A stretch of 64,000 nucleotides of DNA from Lytechinus pictus (lineage: Eukaryota), in assembly GCF_037042905.1 (NCBI RefSeq), contig NC_087245.1, positions 31,374,001-31,438,000 of the forward strand, written 5' to 3'. Positions within the stretch are counted from its first letter, which is position 1, and every line of letters starts with the position of its first letter. Below are positions 42,905 to 56,000 of this stretch, piece by piece. Below the pieces are notes generated by a model. It worked only from the letters and a program-made list of their open reading frames with translations, searched no databases and was not told where the DNA came from. The position numbers and the translations under genes were made by a program.

Positions 42905-43327
42905 ATAGTAGTAGTAGAAGTATTAGTAGTATAAGTAGTAGTAGTAATAATGATATAGTAATTGTACATTTATATAGCGCACTTTCTATATGTATTTATA
43001 TGTATATAGTAGTAGGAGTAGTAGTAGTAGTAGTAGTGATATTAGTTGTAGTAGTATGTTACAGTAGTGTATTAGTAGTTGTAGTAGTAGTGGTAGTAGT
43101 AGTAGTAGTAGTAGTAGAGTAGTAGTAGTAGCAGCAGCAGTAGTAGTAGTAGTAGTAGTAGTAGAAGTAGTAGTAGTAGTAGTAGTAGTAATAATGATAT
43201 AGTAATTGTACATTTATAGCGCAATTTCTATATGTATTTATATGTATATAGTAGTAGTAGTAGTATTAGTAGTATAGTAGTAGTAGTAGTAGTAGTAGTG
43301 GTAGTAGTGGTAGTAGTGGTAGTAGTA

Positions 43328-43359
<32 letters not shown>

Positions 43360-43618
43360 GTTAGTAGTTGTAGGAGTAGTAGTAGTAGTGTTAATAGTAG
43401 TAGAAGTGGTAGTAGTAGAAGAAGTGGTAGTAGTAATAATAATGATATAGTAATTGTACATTTATATAGCGCAATTTCTATATGTATTTATATGTATATA
43501 GTAGTAGTAGTAGTATAGTAGTAGTAGTAGTAGTAGTAGTAGTATAGTAGTAGTATTAGTAGTAGTAATAGTAGTAGTAGTAGTAGTAGTGGTAGTAGTG
43601 GTAGTAGTGGTAGTTGTG

Positions 43619-43659
<41 letters not shown>

Positions 43660-43820
43660 GTTAGTAGTAGTAGAAGTGGTAGTAGTAGAAGTAGTAGTAG
43701 TAGTAATAATAATGATATAGTAATTGTACATTTATATAGCGCAATTTCTATATGTATTTATATGTATATAGTAGTAGTAGTATAGTAGTAGTAGTAGTAG
43801 TAGTAGTATAGTAGTAGTAT

Positions 43821-43853
<33 letters not shown>

Positions 43854-43885
43854 TAGTGGTAGTAGTGGTAGTTGTGGTAGTAGTG

Positions 43886-43921
<36 letters not shown>

Positions 43922-43942
43922 GTGTTAGTAGTAGTAGAAGTG

Positions 43943-43981
<39 letters not shown>

Positions 43982-44044
43982 ATAATAATGATATAGTAAT
44001 TGTACATTTATATAGCGCAATTTCTATATGTATTTATATGTATA

Positions 44045-44080
<36 letters not shown>

Positions 44081-47000
44081 TAGTGGTAGTAGTGGTAGTA
44101 GTAGTAGTTGTAGTAGTAGCAGTAGTAGTAGGTAGTAGTGGTAGTAGTAGTAGTAGTAGTAGTCGTAGAAGTAATGATATAGTAATTGTACATTTATATA
44201 GCGCAATTTCTATCTGTATATTTTCAACTGCGCATTACAATAATATTATTATCATTACCCCGGCTATAGCCATGCTGCCTACAGGTGCTCTGGCATTCGA
44301 GGAATTTCTTTCTTCCTCGAAAAAGCACAATTTGGGTAAATTTCTTGCTGAAGGAAAACACACCATGGTTGGGAATCGAACCCACGTCCCTCAGATTGAA
44401 AGACGAGAGTCTAGACCACGACGCCCCCGTCGTCGTCGTAGTAGTAGTAGTAGTAGTAGTAGAAGTATAGTGCCCAAATTGGGTCTCCATAATCACAAAT
44501 TTAAACGTGAGTTCAGAATACGGGCCATTCCGGTACCACTCTACAGCGCGTTCCAAAATATGTCGTTCTGACATAGGGCTGAATTAATTCTAAAATGTGG
44601 TAGTATTCTCAAATAAATGTTCATGAGTAGAAAGCTCATTTCATGATCTAACTTCTATGAAAATTACATTGGAATGGGCTGAAAAGCACCACTGTAACAT
44701 AATAGACTGTATTCAAAACCACTGAAGCGAGACCAATGAAATTTTATAGAAGTTTGAACATGAGATGAGCTTCCTATATCTATACATTTCATTGAGAATA
44801 ATTCTTATTTTTAGAAGTAATTTAGCCGCATATCAGAGGGACATTTTTTGGGGGGACGCGCTGTATGTTAAATAATAGTGAAATGGAATGATATTTTTTC
44901 TAATATATTTTGTTTGTATACATCACAGTGTGTCATGATAACGCATTTGATTGTGGCAATCATCAGTGTATACCAGCTTCTTGGGAGTGCAATGGAATCT
45001 CTGACTGCTATGACGGGCAAGACGAAGATAATTGCCGTAAGTTTTCAGGAGCATAATACACTCTTCAAAATGTTGGGCAACATACTTACTGTCAACACAA
45101 CATTTGGTTAAAACTTTATCCAATTCTGGGTAGTTTTAAACCAATAATGTGTGCTTTTGGCGAAAACTACACAGTATTGGTTGAAAACTACCCAGACATG
45201 GATAATTTTTTTAACCAATTGTTGTATGGACAGTATGTTGTCCAGCATTTTAAGAGTGTAAAGAAGAGATGTCGAAAAAAGACAAGAGAAAAGAGGACGG
45301 TTACTTCGATCAGCGCATGTTTTGGTCCTCATAAAATTGAAGAAAAAAATATCATGTGATATTTCTTATCTTTTTGCAACCTATGGCATGTTTCGAAATT
45401 CATTATCAGCAAATACGTATCAGATATTTGTGCTGAAAAATGTGTAATATTAATAGATGATGGTTATCAGTATGGACGTAAAACTGCGATGCTTACATAT
45501 ATGTGCTAAATATTACTTTTACGACATCTATCCTTGCCTGTTTTCAATGGGCATAGTTTTTTTATCTTGGTAAAATTGTTTAATATGCTAATTCCATGTT
45601 TATACATGCCAGTGTATAGCCGTAAACAATTTAATCAATCACTAGATTTATGTCTCATGTTATTCCCGTGTAAGCCATGTATACCTGATTAATTTACATT
45701 TATACACTTATCTCATTAAAAAAAAACTCCCTTTAAGCAGTTCTACCAACCTTATTTGCATCATTATTTTTTTTCTCCTTATTCCGGCACAGTTATATAT
45801 TATCTTCAAGTCTTTAAAGAAATACCATTTGTTTATAATTTCTGTTTTTTATTTTACTCATGCAAGCAAATGAATTACTGACTTTATCCCCACAGAATCA
45901 TATTCTGGTTACAAATATCCAAGATTACTGTTATCCCATGTATATAATTATTCTACTCTACTCTTTTTTTTTTTTTCAACATATAACATTGATTATATTA
46001 CTTTCACATGTCATTTTGTTATGATCATTGATATTGTATATATTTTGTATTTTAACTTGTAAAGAATTTCGCAATTCAGCCTTCGGCTGCGATGAAGTGT
46101 TCTTGATAACCCATTCCAATTTCATTTCCAATTATCATGTAGCACCACCGGAACCATGTGAGGAGGGCGAGTTCCAGTGCGAGGACGGAACGTGTCTGCG
46201 CCAGGCCCTGGTATGTGACGACGTAGAACAATGCGAGTACGGTGAAGACGAAAATGCAACACTCTGCGGCAGAGGTATTAAACCTTTAATTTACCTTTAA
46301 TTGACCTTGAATTTATCTTGAATATACATTGAATTTACCTTGAATTTGTCATGAATTTACCTTGCATCTACCTTAATTTTACCTTGAAATTACCTTAATT
46401 CACCAGTAATGTACCTTAATTTTACCTTGGTTTATATTGAATTTACCTTGAAATTGATTTGAATTTACTTTGAATTTACTTTCAATTTACCTTGAATATA
46501 CTTTGAATTCACCTTGATTTTGCCTTGATTTTTTATTTACCTTACATTTACCTTGATTTCTTTTTAATTTACCCTGAAATTACCTTAAAATTACCTTGAA
46601 ATCACCTTGCATTTACCTTGAATCTACCATAAATTTACCCTAAGTCTTTCTTGAATTCACTTTTAAATTTATTTTGGATCTACCCTGAATTTACCCGGAA
46701 TTAACCTTGAACCTATTATTGAATTACCTTGTCATATTACAACTTATTTCATTCACGTACATTGTAGTAATATCCAAAATTACAATTTGTATGTAAATTT
46801 CTTATGTGTAAAAGTAAAAGAGGAGGAAACATCTCTGTATATGTATATTTTATTATACGCTACACTAACATAATTGCATCGAATTCTGGTTCATGTCCAT
46901 TAATTTTACTTAACTTTTTTCACAATATAGGCAATACTACTTTACTCGTTAAACTCGTTAAAGTTTCATTAACCCCCCCCCCCTGTTTCCACACTCTATC

Positions 47001-50000
47001 CAACTTATTTTTATATCCTAGATGAGGAAGATTCTGATTGTTACGAGTGTGGAGACGGGTCTGATTGTATCCCTTGGGATTGGATATGTGACGACTACGC
47101 TGATTGCGCTAATGCAGAAGACGAGGAGGACTGTGCAGAAGAAGGTAAGGGTTAAATAGTGGCAGAAATCATGGGCGGGTCCAGGAGGGGGGCACATTTT
47201 CCCCGAGGAAAATTTGACAAGCAAAAAAAAAAAAGGTTCTCACTAAAAAAGGAAGGTCATTTTGTCCCACGTACAATTTGACAAGCAAAAAAAAAAGGTC
47301 CTCACCTGTGTATAAACGACATATTCCCATTAAAAATATTTGATGTGACTCTAAAGGGGGCGCACTCGTGTATGATATTGATAATATTGACTCTGAAAGG
47401 GGGCACGGGCTGGATGTGCCCCCCCCCCCATATCCGCCACTGGCAGGAAGATATCAAATTAATCAAATATAGGGCCACTCAAACTAGGGGTTCGCAGAAA
47501 CACCCTTAGAAATGAATAAATAAATAAATATATAAATGAATAAGTACATAAATAAATAAATATATATATAGATAAATAAAATCTATAAAGAAATAAAAGA
47601 AGAAAAGATAACAAATGAATAGATTAAAATACAAATAAGTAATAAAGAAATGAAAAATAAAAATAAAAATAACGATGAGAATAGAGTAAATAAATAAATC
47701 AAGTTAATCTAAGAGAAAAAATAAAAAATGAGATAAATTGAATAAAACTAAATGTTAACCATCTTTGGAATTGATAACCTTTTTCATTCTGTATAAAAAA
47801 TTCTCATGGAGGAAAATCTCAACCAATACTTTTTTTTCTTATCAAATTCATGAGAAGGTAAAGTCGACCATATCTTGAGTTCATAAACTTTTTTTTATCA
47901 CATTGTTGACCCATTCTAAATCAATAGTCGACCCTTTCTAAATAGGTCATAATAGCTCGGAATGTGTTATATGTTTAGTCTGCATATTCAATTCCAAGTC
48001 ATGTAAAAGTGTGAAAAATGAAGTTATAAATATGACGATTAATCATTGGCATGTTTCGTAAACTTTGTCAAGAAGAATAGATTTCTGTAACAAACTTAAG
48101 TACTTTATTATTAATAGACAATGTTCAGTACACCCATATATACATTTTTAATATTCTCATTCGATGTTTTTGTTTGTAAGGTACGTGTATTGAATTTCAT
48201 CTGCAGTATACCAACGTGTGAGAAAACCCTCATTTCTCATATATGTTCCTTATTTTTGTATATCGTCATGAATGAATATGTGAAAGACAAAACAATAATT
48301 ATGTTTCGTCATTCATCTGATGCAGTTTTTCAATTAAGCTCTAGGGCCTTAATCAAATTAGGATTGCAATGCAATTATAATCAGAGTATGGTCGTCTTGA
48401 TCGATGTAATAATATAGTATGAAATTGATAGGCAAACTATTTTTATTCTATTTTTCCAGGGGGGATAAATTATAATATTGAATAGTCTTGCTTTGATATT
48501 TTGAATGTAGCGCGCGCTCTCTCTTTCTCTCTTTGCCTCAATTAATTAACCAAAACGCTTTCTTTTAAACTTTCTTTTCATTTAAATCTTCTCTAAAAGA
48601 GTGTGAGGAGGGGTATTCTCCGTGCCCCGGCCGATCCTGTATTGCAAATAAATACCTCTGTAACGGAATAACTGATTGTCCAGGAGGAGTAGACGAGGTC
48701 AACTGTACAGCCACACCTCCAGGTAATATAACTCCAAGAGGTTTTCATGATAATTCCTTCATCAAAGTTTTTAGTCGTACTTACCTATTCCACAACACAC
48801 ACACACACATGCACACACCCTTACCCACTCACCTACGCCACACACACATGCCCACATAAAAGACAAAAGACGATCATATTTTCTTATATGATAATGAGTA
48901 GGAGTTTATTTTTCATGTTTCCATATAGTGACCCTCCGGAAATTGTATATTTCTGTGCTCTAGTTCATATGAAAATTTGTAATACTTTAAATGGTCTTCA
49001 CTTGGACAATTGACGAAGTGAAATAACAATGAAGAAAGTAGTGGTCAGACCTGCAAAAATGTTGATGGAGTTACCCTACAATTAATACAATATATTGTAT
49101 TGAGTATGCTATATATAAAAAAAAATGATATTTATGAATTTCTACTAAATTTCATCAAACCTATAGATCTATGTGTATCCATCAACGGCTCGGAATACTT
49201 TGTGTGTGATGGTAAAGAGGACTGCCCCGGAGGAACAGATGAATCACGACCTGAGTGCAGTGAGTAAATGTACCTTAACTTGTCATATATGTATATTGTT
49301 GGTTGATCGATTGATTGATGGAGGGATCAAGAAAAATGAACACAATAAATGAGAAAGAAAAAAAACAAATCACTTAAAAATTAAAACAAGAGCATTCATG
49401 GAAGTTTCAGAAACATATCTGTGTGAGAGAAGTCAAATTGCAGCGGGGTTTTTTTAATGAATTTAGATTTTATTCATTTCCAATCAACAAAATAGACAAA
49501 ATACAATCGAAGTAACAGTACATATTCAAAATAACACTGACAGTTCAATGATATATACATAAAAATATTGAAAATAATTAAACAGATTCTAGAGTGAGCT
49601 GCAATTTATTTTTGGCTAGAAAAAGTATGTGGAACTGAACGGAGGGAGAAAAGCAAGTCCCTAAACTTAGTTTTAATACTTGATTAACAAAACTATATAC
49701 AATAATGGAGACGGTCGGAAGACGAGCTTAAGACAAGTAAACTACAAAATATCAAAGTAAAGCGAATAAGCGACGACACAATTAAGATGAAATAATTTAG
49801 ACAATAATTATCACAATTAATGTATGCTAATATTAATGTATGATATGATATAATGTAAGTAGAGTGTAACATGGAAGAAAATATTTTAGTTTGTTGATAA
49901 TTCAGATTTTTCTTGAAATTATTTTGCATATATTATCGATATGTGGTTTCCATGATAGTTTATTGCAATAAGAACACCCAATAATCTGGTATCAGAATTT

Positions 50001-53000
50001 TTTTTCAAGAACAGTGTTATAAAAAACAAGATTGTCAGGGAAGGTATGTATTTTGTTACTAAAGAGCATAAAATTCGTCTTTTGCAGGTTAAGTAATAGT
50101 TCATTAGCCTTAATCCAGCCAATCACATGTATGACTTCTGAGTTTATAATTCTTACAAGTTAGTTGGTTTACGTTATCATAAGAAAAGAAATGTTCGAAT
50201 CGTCAGCAAACAGTATGAATGTTAGTAATTTTGAACTTTTTTAATATCATTAATATAAGTAATAAAAAGAAGAGGACCAAGTAAGCCACCCTGTAGTACT
50301 CCACATGTAAAAGGAAGGGTAGAAGAAATAACGTTAACTGATACAAATTCAGACTTGTCTGTAAGGTAGCTCCTGAACCACTTCCCCCGAATACCATAAA
50401 AATAAAGTTTATGAAGAAGTATTTCGTGGTTAATGGTGTCGAAGGCATTGGAGACGTCCAGGAAAAAGTATGACAACCTTTATTTATGAAAGTAGTGATT
50501 TTATCAATAAAAGACAGAATTGCATGTGAGGTGCTATGATTTTCACAAAACCCAAATTGCTAGTTCGAAAAGATATTGTGTTAATTAAAGAATGTACTTG
50601 TCCGTATATATATAAGTTTTTTAAGAATTTTAGATAACGAAGTGAGCAATGAAATAGGCCGGTAGTAAGAAACAAGTTTATTATCCCCTTTTTTTGTTAA
50701 GAGGGATGACTTTGGCTATTTTCATGAGATTAGGTACTTACCTGTGTTCAAAGAACTATTAAATCTATTCACACGACTAATCATCATTTTCTCTCAAATA
50801 AAAGACAGATGATGTTGGATAATGACAAGACAAGATAATTAATTTCTTGATTCATGTGGTTTGTTATTGCAGATTGCGGAACCATTCCTTTGTCTCAGTC
50901 GAGAGTCATCGGTGGTCAAGATTCGAAAAGGGGAAACTGGCCAATGCAAATCTTAATCAGCAGTGAGAACAATTATCAAACATGTAGACTTTGGGTTATA
51001 AAAGTAGAAAAGTTCATGGAGGGGTGTAGATTGCGGACGGGGAATGCCTTTTCCTTGGATTTCAGATGAAAGGTGTTGGATGCCACGTGTAGATGTGTAA
51101 TAGCTCAGTGGGCAAGTCACCGGAGTTTGAACCACGAGGTCCGGGGTTCAAACCCCACCACGGCACTCACGTCTTTTGTCAATGCGTTTATGTACATTTG
51201 CCACTTTCCACCAATTTGTAGGAATTCCTTACATGTGCCAGGGTAGCTTGCAGCGTTTAGAAACATTGTTTTAAGCGCTATGTAAATGTTGCATATTATC
51301 ATTCTGACTATTACTATTGATATTATTATTATAATTATCATTATTATTAAGTGATATTTTATCACAAATATGTTCACATTTGTATTATCATTTGCATGAG
51401 ATGGAGTCCCCAGTCCCCGGCGATACTGAAAGCGTAAAAATTTATTATAATTCGGGAAGAACACAGAATTCACAGAATTTCACGGAAAACACATTGTTCT
51501 GGCTTAGTGAGTTGAATTTTAAAAAATAACATCGAAAATCATGGGGAAAAAAAATTGCATGATTAAAGAATCTTTCTATCAAACCTCTCCTTATTATCTG
51601 CCTTGGCTTTTGCGGATCCAGGATATTCTCCATGGGGGCACTTTGTACAGGAAATTTTTGACCAAAAAAAAAGTCTACTCCAAATGGAGGTCTTTGTTGC
51701 AGGAAAAACTGGACAGGCAAAAAAAGGTCTCCACTACCAAGCGATGTCATTGTGTCCCATGAACAAATTGAGTGCCTCTCAAATGGGGATGGGGGTGGGG
51801 TACGGGCCAGATGCCCCCCCCCCCTGGATCCGTCACTGTTCATAGATACTTTCGTTTTTCTTAGATTTTCAGTACTTACAATATTGCATTATAAAAAAAA
51901 ATCGTTTTGCACATGTCACCAAAGAACATGGAATGCGATGTTAAGAACAGCAAAAAACACCAAATTGGCATTTTAGGAATCCAAAATCTGGGGTCTGGCG
52001 TAAGATTTTAAGTATTAGGTCAATTTAAAAGTCTGACTGTAGGAAATAATTGTTGGTCGATGTCTACGAACTCATTTCATTACCATTGTTGTTTTGATAT
52101 TACTTTATTATCATTATTATTATCATTATTATTATAATAATTATCATTATTATTATTATTATTATTATCAATATTATTATTATTATTATTAGTGTAGTTA
52201 TTAAGATCATAAGTAAGACATTACTATGTTTGTTCATTTTCACCACCCATTCAGCTGAGATTACGTCGGCCAGTCTCTATTGCGCAGGCACTATTCTCAA
52301 CCGTCGTTGGGTAATGACTGCTGCTCACTGTGTGTGAGTATTCCAGAGCCCCGTCTTACAAAGAGTTACGATTGATCCGATCAACCTCATCTATATGGAA
52401 AACCATCAATGTCATAATTTCTACTACAGCGAATTTGCAAAATGTCCTTTATAGATAAAGAGAATAAAGAATTTCCAAGAAAACAATGTATAAATATACA
52501 TAATATCTGGATTTTTTATATAAAACAAACCAAACATGCAGCTTAGATGTTGACATTGCTGGCTTTCCATAGTTTTGGTTGATCGGATCGATTAGTAACT
52601 CTTTGAAAGACGGGGCCCAAATAGGGAGAAAGGAAGGGAGAGAGTAACAGAAAGAACGAGATAGAGACAGAGAACCATAGATGGAGAGAGAGAGATGAGA
52701 TTTTTTTTTACAATATTTTTTTTTCTTGAAAGACTTGTTTGCATTTCATTCTGTCAATGTTCTAATGTAAATGTATAAAGTGATAGCTGTGTCTTTCTAC
52801 GCACCATAATTATACTGTATCAATAATCATGTGTATTTATCACTTGTATTGGATATTCATTTGCATTGTAATTTTTTGTAATTATTTTATTTAATGTGTA
52901 ATTTGATTTATTATTATTGTTGAGAAATGACAATAAACTTGAACCTTGAATCGCGATGATAGAACGATGAAAGTAAACTGCCATGCAATAGTAATCACAA

Positions 53001-56000
53001 ACCTGGGTTTCAATAATGAAAATATCACAGCGTATATGGTCATAACACAAAATATATAAATATATAATACTAAAATAGGCAGTGTGTACAACATGACAAA
53101 GAAAACATCTGTACGCAATCTACAACAGACAGCATCATTTCGGTCATTTTCATAACCTTATTTTGTCCTGGTAAAGGGATAAATTACTAATATTCGTAAA
53201 ATTTAACATTCTGTTTTAAACTCGTAGGGGGCCAAGTACGGTTGGAAATTTCTACGTCGTCGCGGGTGTGACCGATGTGAATGGAGACAACTCTACCTGG
53301 CAGTTCAGGCTCATCGCTGACGCCGTATGCAATCCCGAGTTCTCCTTCACTACCTTTGTCGGGGGTGACAACTGTCTCTTGCTCATGGATGAACCCTTTG
53401 AGTTCAATGACTACGTGCAGCCGGCCTGCATACCTGGCCCCAACTTTACCCTTGATCATTACGCCACCGCCGTGGGATGGGGACAAACAGGGGGAGGTGA
53501 GAACAGCAACACGTATCTCTGTTTTATGTTGATGTAATCTGTCATCGGGGGGGGGGGGGGGGTCATAAAGCTGTTCATAGTTTAAGAGGGACTTTAAGAA
53601 GACTGTGAACCTTTCTTACGCGCTAACATATTGGTGTATACCATTTACCAAAAGAAAGGATCACCAGTCGTCCTCAAAGTCGCCCTTAACTTACGAACAG
53701 CTTTATGAAAACCCCACCTGGGGTCAATTGCAGTAAGGGTTATGCTCAAACACAAACTCCAAAAGTCAAACGCAACTAGACTTTCAACAAAAGGAATACG
53801 AGTATTAGTAACTTGTGGTTGATTTCTTGACTTGCGTTTTAAGACAACCATTTCTTTAACGGACTCCTGGTCATGTTATATCAGTTTTTAAATGTCAAGT
53901 CCATCCGAAGAAAAAAAAGTTGAGCTGAATGAAAACAGGACAATCTAATCTAGATGAGAAAGTTGTGATATTTCCCACTCTCCCCTCCCCCCCCCCTCTC
54001 TCTCTCTCTCTCTTATTGTCACAAAACCACTTTCTGATGTCATTGTACTTGATGATGAATATAGTCTGTAAATGACCAATATGCAATCGGAGACGAATAT
54101 ATTCACTTGAAAACGAATATACTTTATTGATGACGATCATAATCACTTGATAAATATACTCACTTTGTGACGATTATAATCACTAGATGACAAACATACT
54201 ATCTCTTGGTGACGAATATATTCACTTTATGACGAATATACTCTCTTAGACGAATATACTCACTTGATGACGAATATACTCTCTAGATGACGAATATACT
54301 CTCTTGGTACCGAATATACTCTCTTGGTAACGAATATACTCTCTAGATGACGAATATACTCTCTTGGTGACGAATATACCCTCTTAATGACGAATATACT
54401 CTCTTTTGACGAAAATACTCTATAGATGACGAATATACTATCTAGATGACGAATATACTCTCTTGGTGACGAATATACTCTCTAGATGACGAATATACTC
54501 TCTTGGTGACGAATATACTCTCTAGATGACGAATATACTATCTTGATGACGAATATACCATCTAGATTGCGAATTTATATTCTGGATGACGAATACACTC
54601 TCTTGTTGACAAATCTACTCTCTTGGTGACGAATATACTCTCTAGATAACGAATATACTCTCTTGGCGACGAATATACCATCTAGATTGCGAATTTATTT
54701 TCTGGATGACGAATACACTCTCTTGTTGACAAATCTACTCTCTTGGTGACGAATATACTCTCTAGATAACGAATATACTCTCTTGGTGACGAATATACCA
54801 TCTAGATTGCGAATTTATTTTCTGGATGACGAATACACTCTCTTGTTGACAAATCTACTCTCTTGGTGACGAATGAACTTTCTAGATAACGAATATACTC
54901 TCTTGGTGACGAACATACCATCTAGATTGCGAATTTATTTTCTGGATGACGAATACACTCTCTTGTTGACAAATCTACTCTCTTGGTGACGAATATGCTA
55001 TATTCTCTTCATATACCAGCCTCTCTCTGTTATTTTCGGAGGTCGCAAATTCGAGTCTAAAAATCTTCTACGTTCGTAAATTTATTGATTATGTTAATTT
55101 TCCTAATTATTATTGGGTGATTCATACATGTTCTAATCGTCATTTCTATTTCTTCGAACTATCCCAGGATACACAGCTCCTAATCTTCAGGTGGTCCGCC
55201 TACCCGTTTGGCCAGACAATATTTGTGACAGATATAGTTACTTTGGCAGTGATGATGTTGAAAAAGTAATCTGCATCGGTTACGAGAAGGGAGGCCATGG
55301 ATTATGCTTTGTGAGTATCTAGCGTTTTTGTTGACAAAAAAATCTAGAAACATAATCAAATGAAATAGAGAAGTAAAAAAAACCTGCGTAATCTTAGAAT
55401 CGAATAAATAAATCAATAAAGTTTAGGCCGTAAAATGAAATTACAAACATTATATATTTCATTAAATTTTTCTTAGCTAACAAATATTTTAAGGCTATTG
55501 AATATAAAGTGGATAAAACGCTTATGAATTTTTTAGCGGTATGACTTAGTAGATGTCGAGTGAGCTGCGATTGGCTTACGGTAAACAAAATTAGGCTTGA
55601 CAGCCAATCACAGCTCGTCATTCAGCGACCAATATCTTTTCTGGTATATTATTTCGTGATCTAGCGTTCTATTCACCTATGCCATTTATACTCACGAGTG
55701 TTTATGTTAAAAACCTTCAGTATGTTTGTTTCCAATGCTATTTTTCCGAAATTGCAGCACCAAACACTTATTCATCTGATAGATACAAACGTATGATGCT
55801 AAGGCAAGATTTTTTTCTTCGTTTTCCTTTTCAATTCAGGGCGATTCCGGTGGATCTATTCTCATGGAGAGGGATAATCTCTGGTACGTCGTCGGGACTG
55901 TGTCGGGTGGGAGTGAATGCGGTGCTCCGTTCACACCCAGCGAATGCACAAAAACTTCCTACTATTACCAATTCATCAATGACACCATAAACAATGTCTA

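Noticed and set aside
39807..44571. Poly-Thr/Val/Ser/Tyr/Leu ORFs or a CRISPR-like array
   Set aside because: These are translations of (AGT)n; the spacers are microsatellite and the array lies in the LDLa5-LDLa6 intron.
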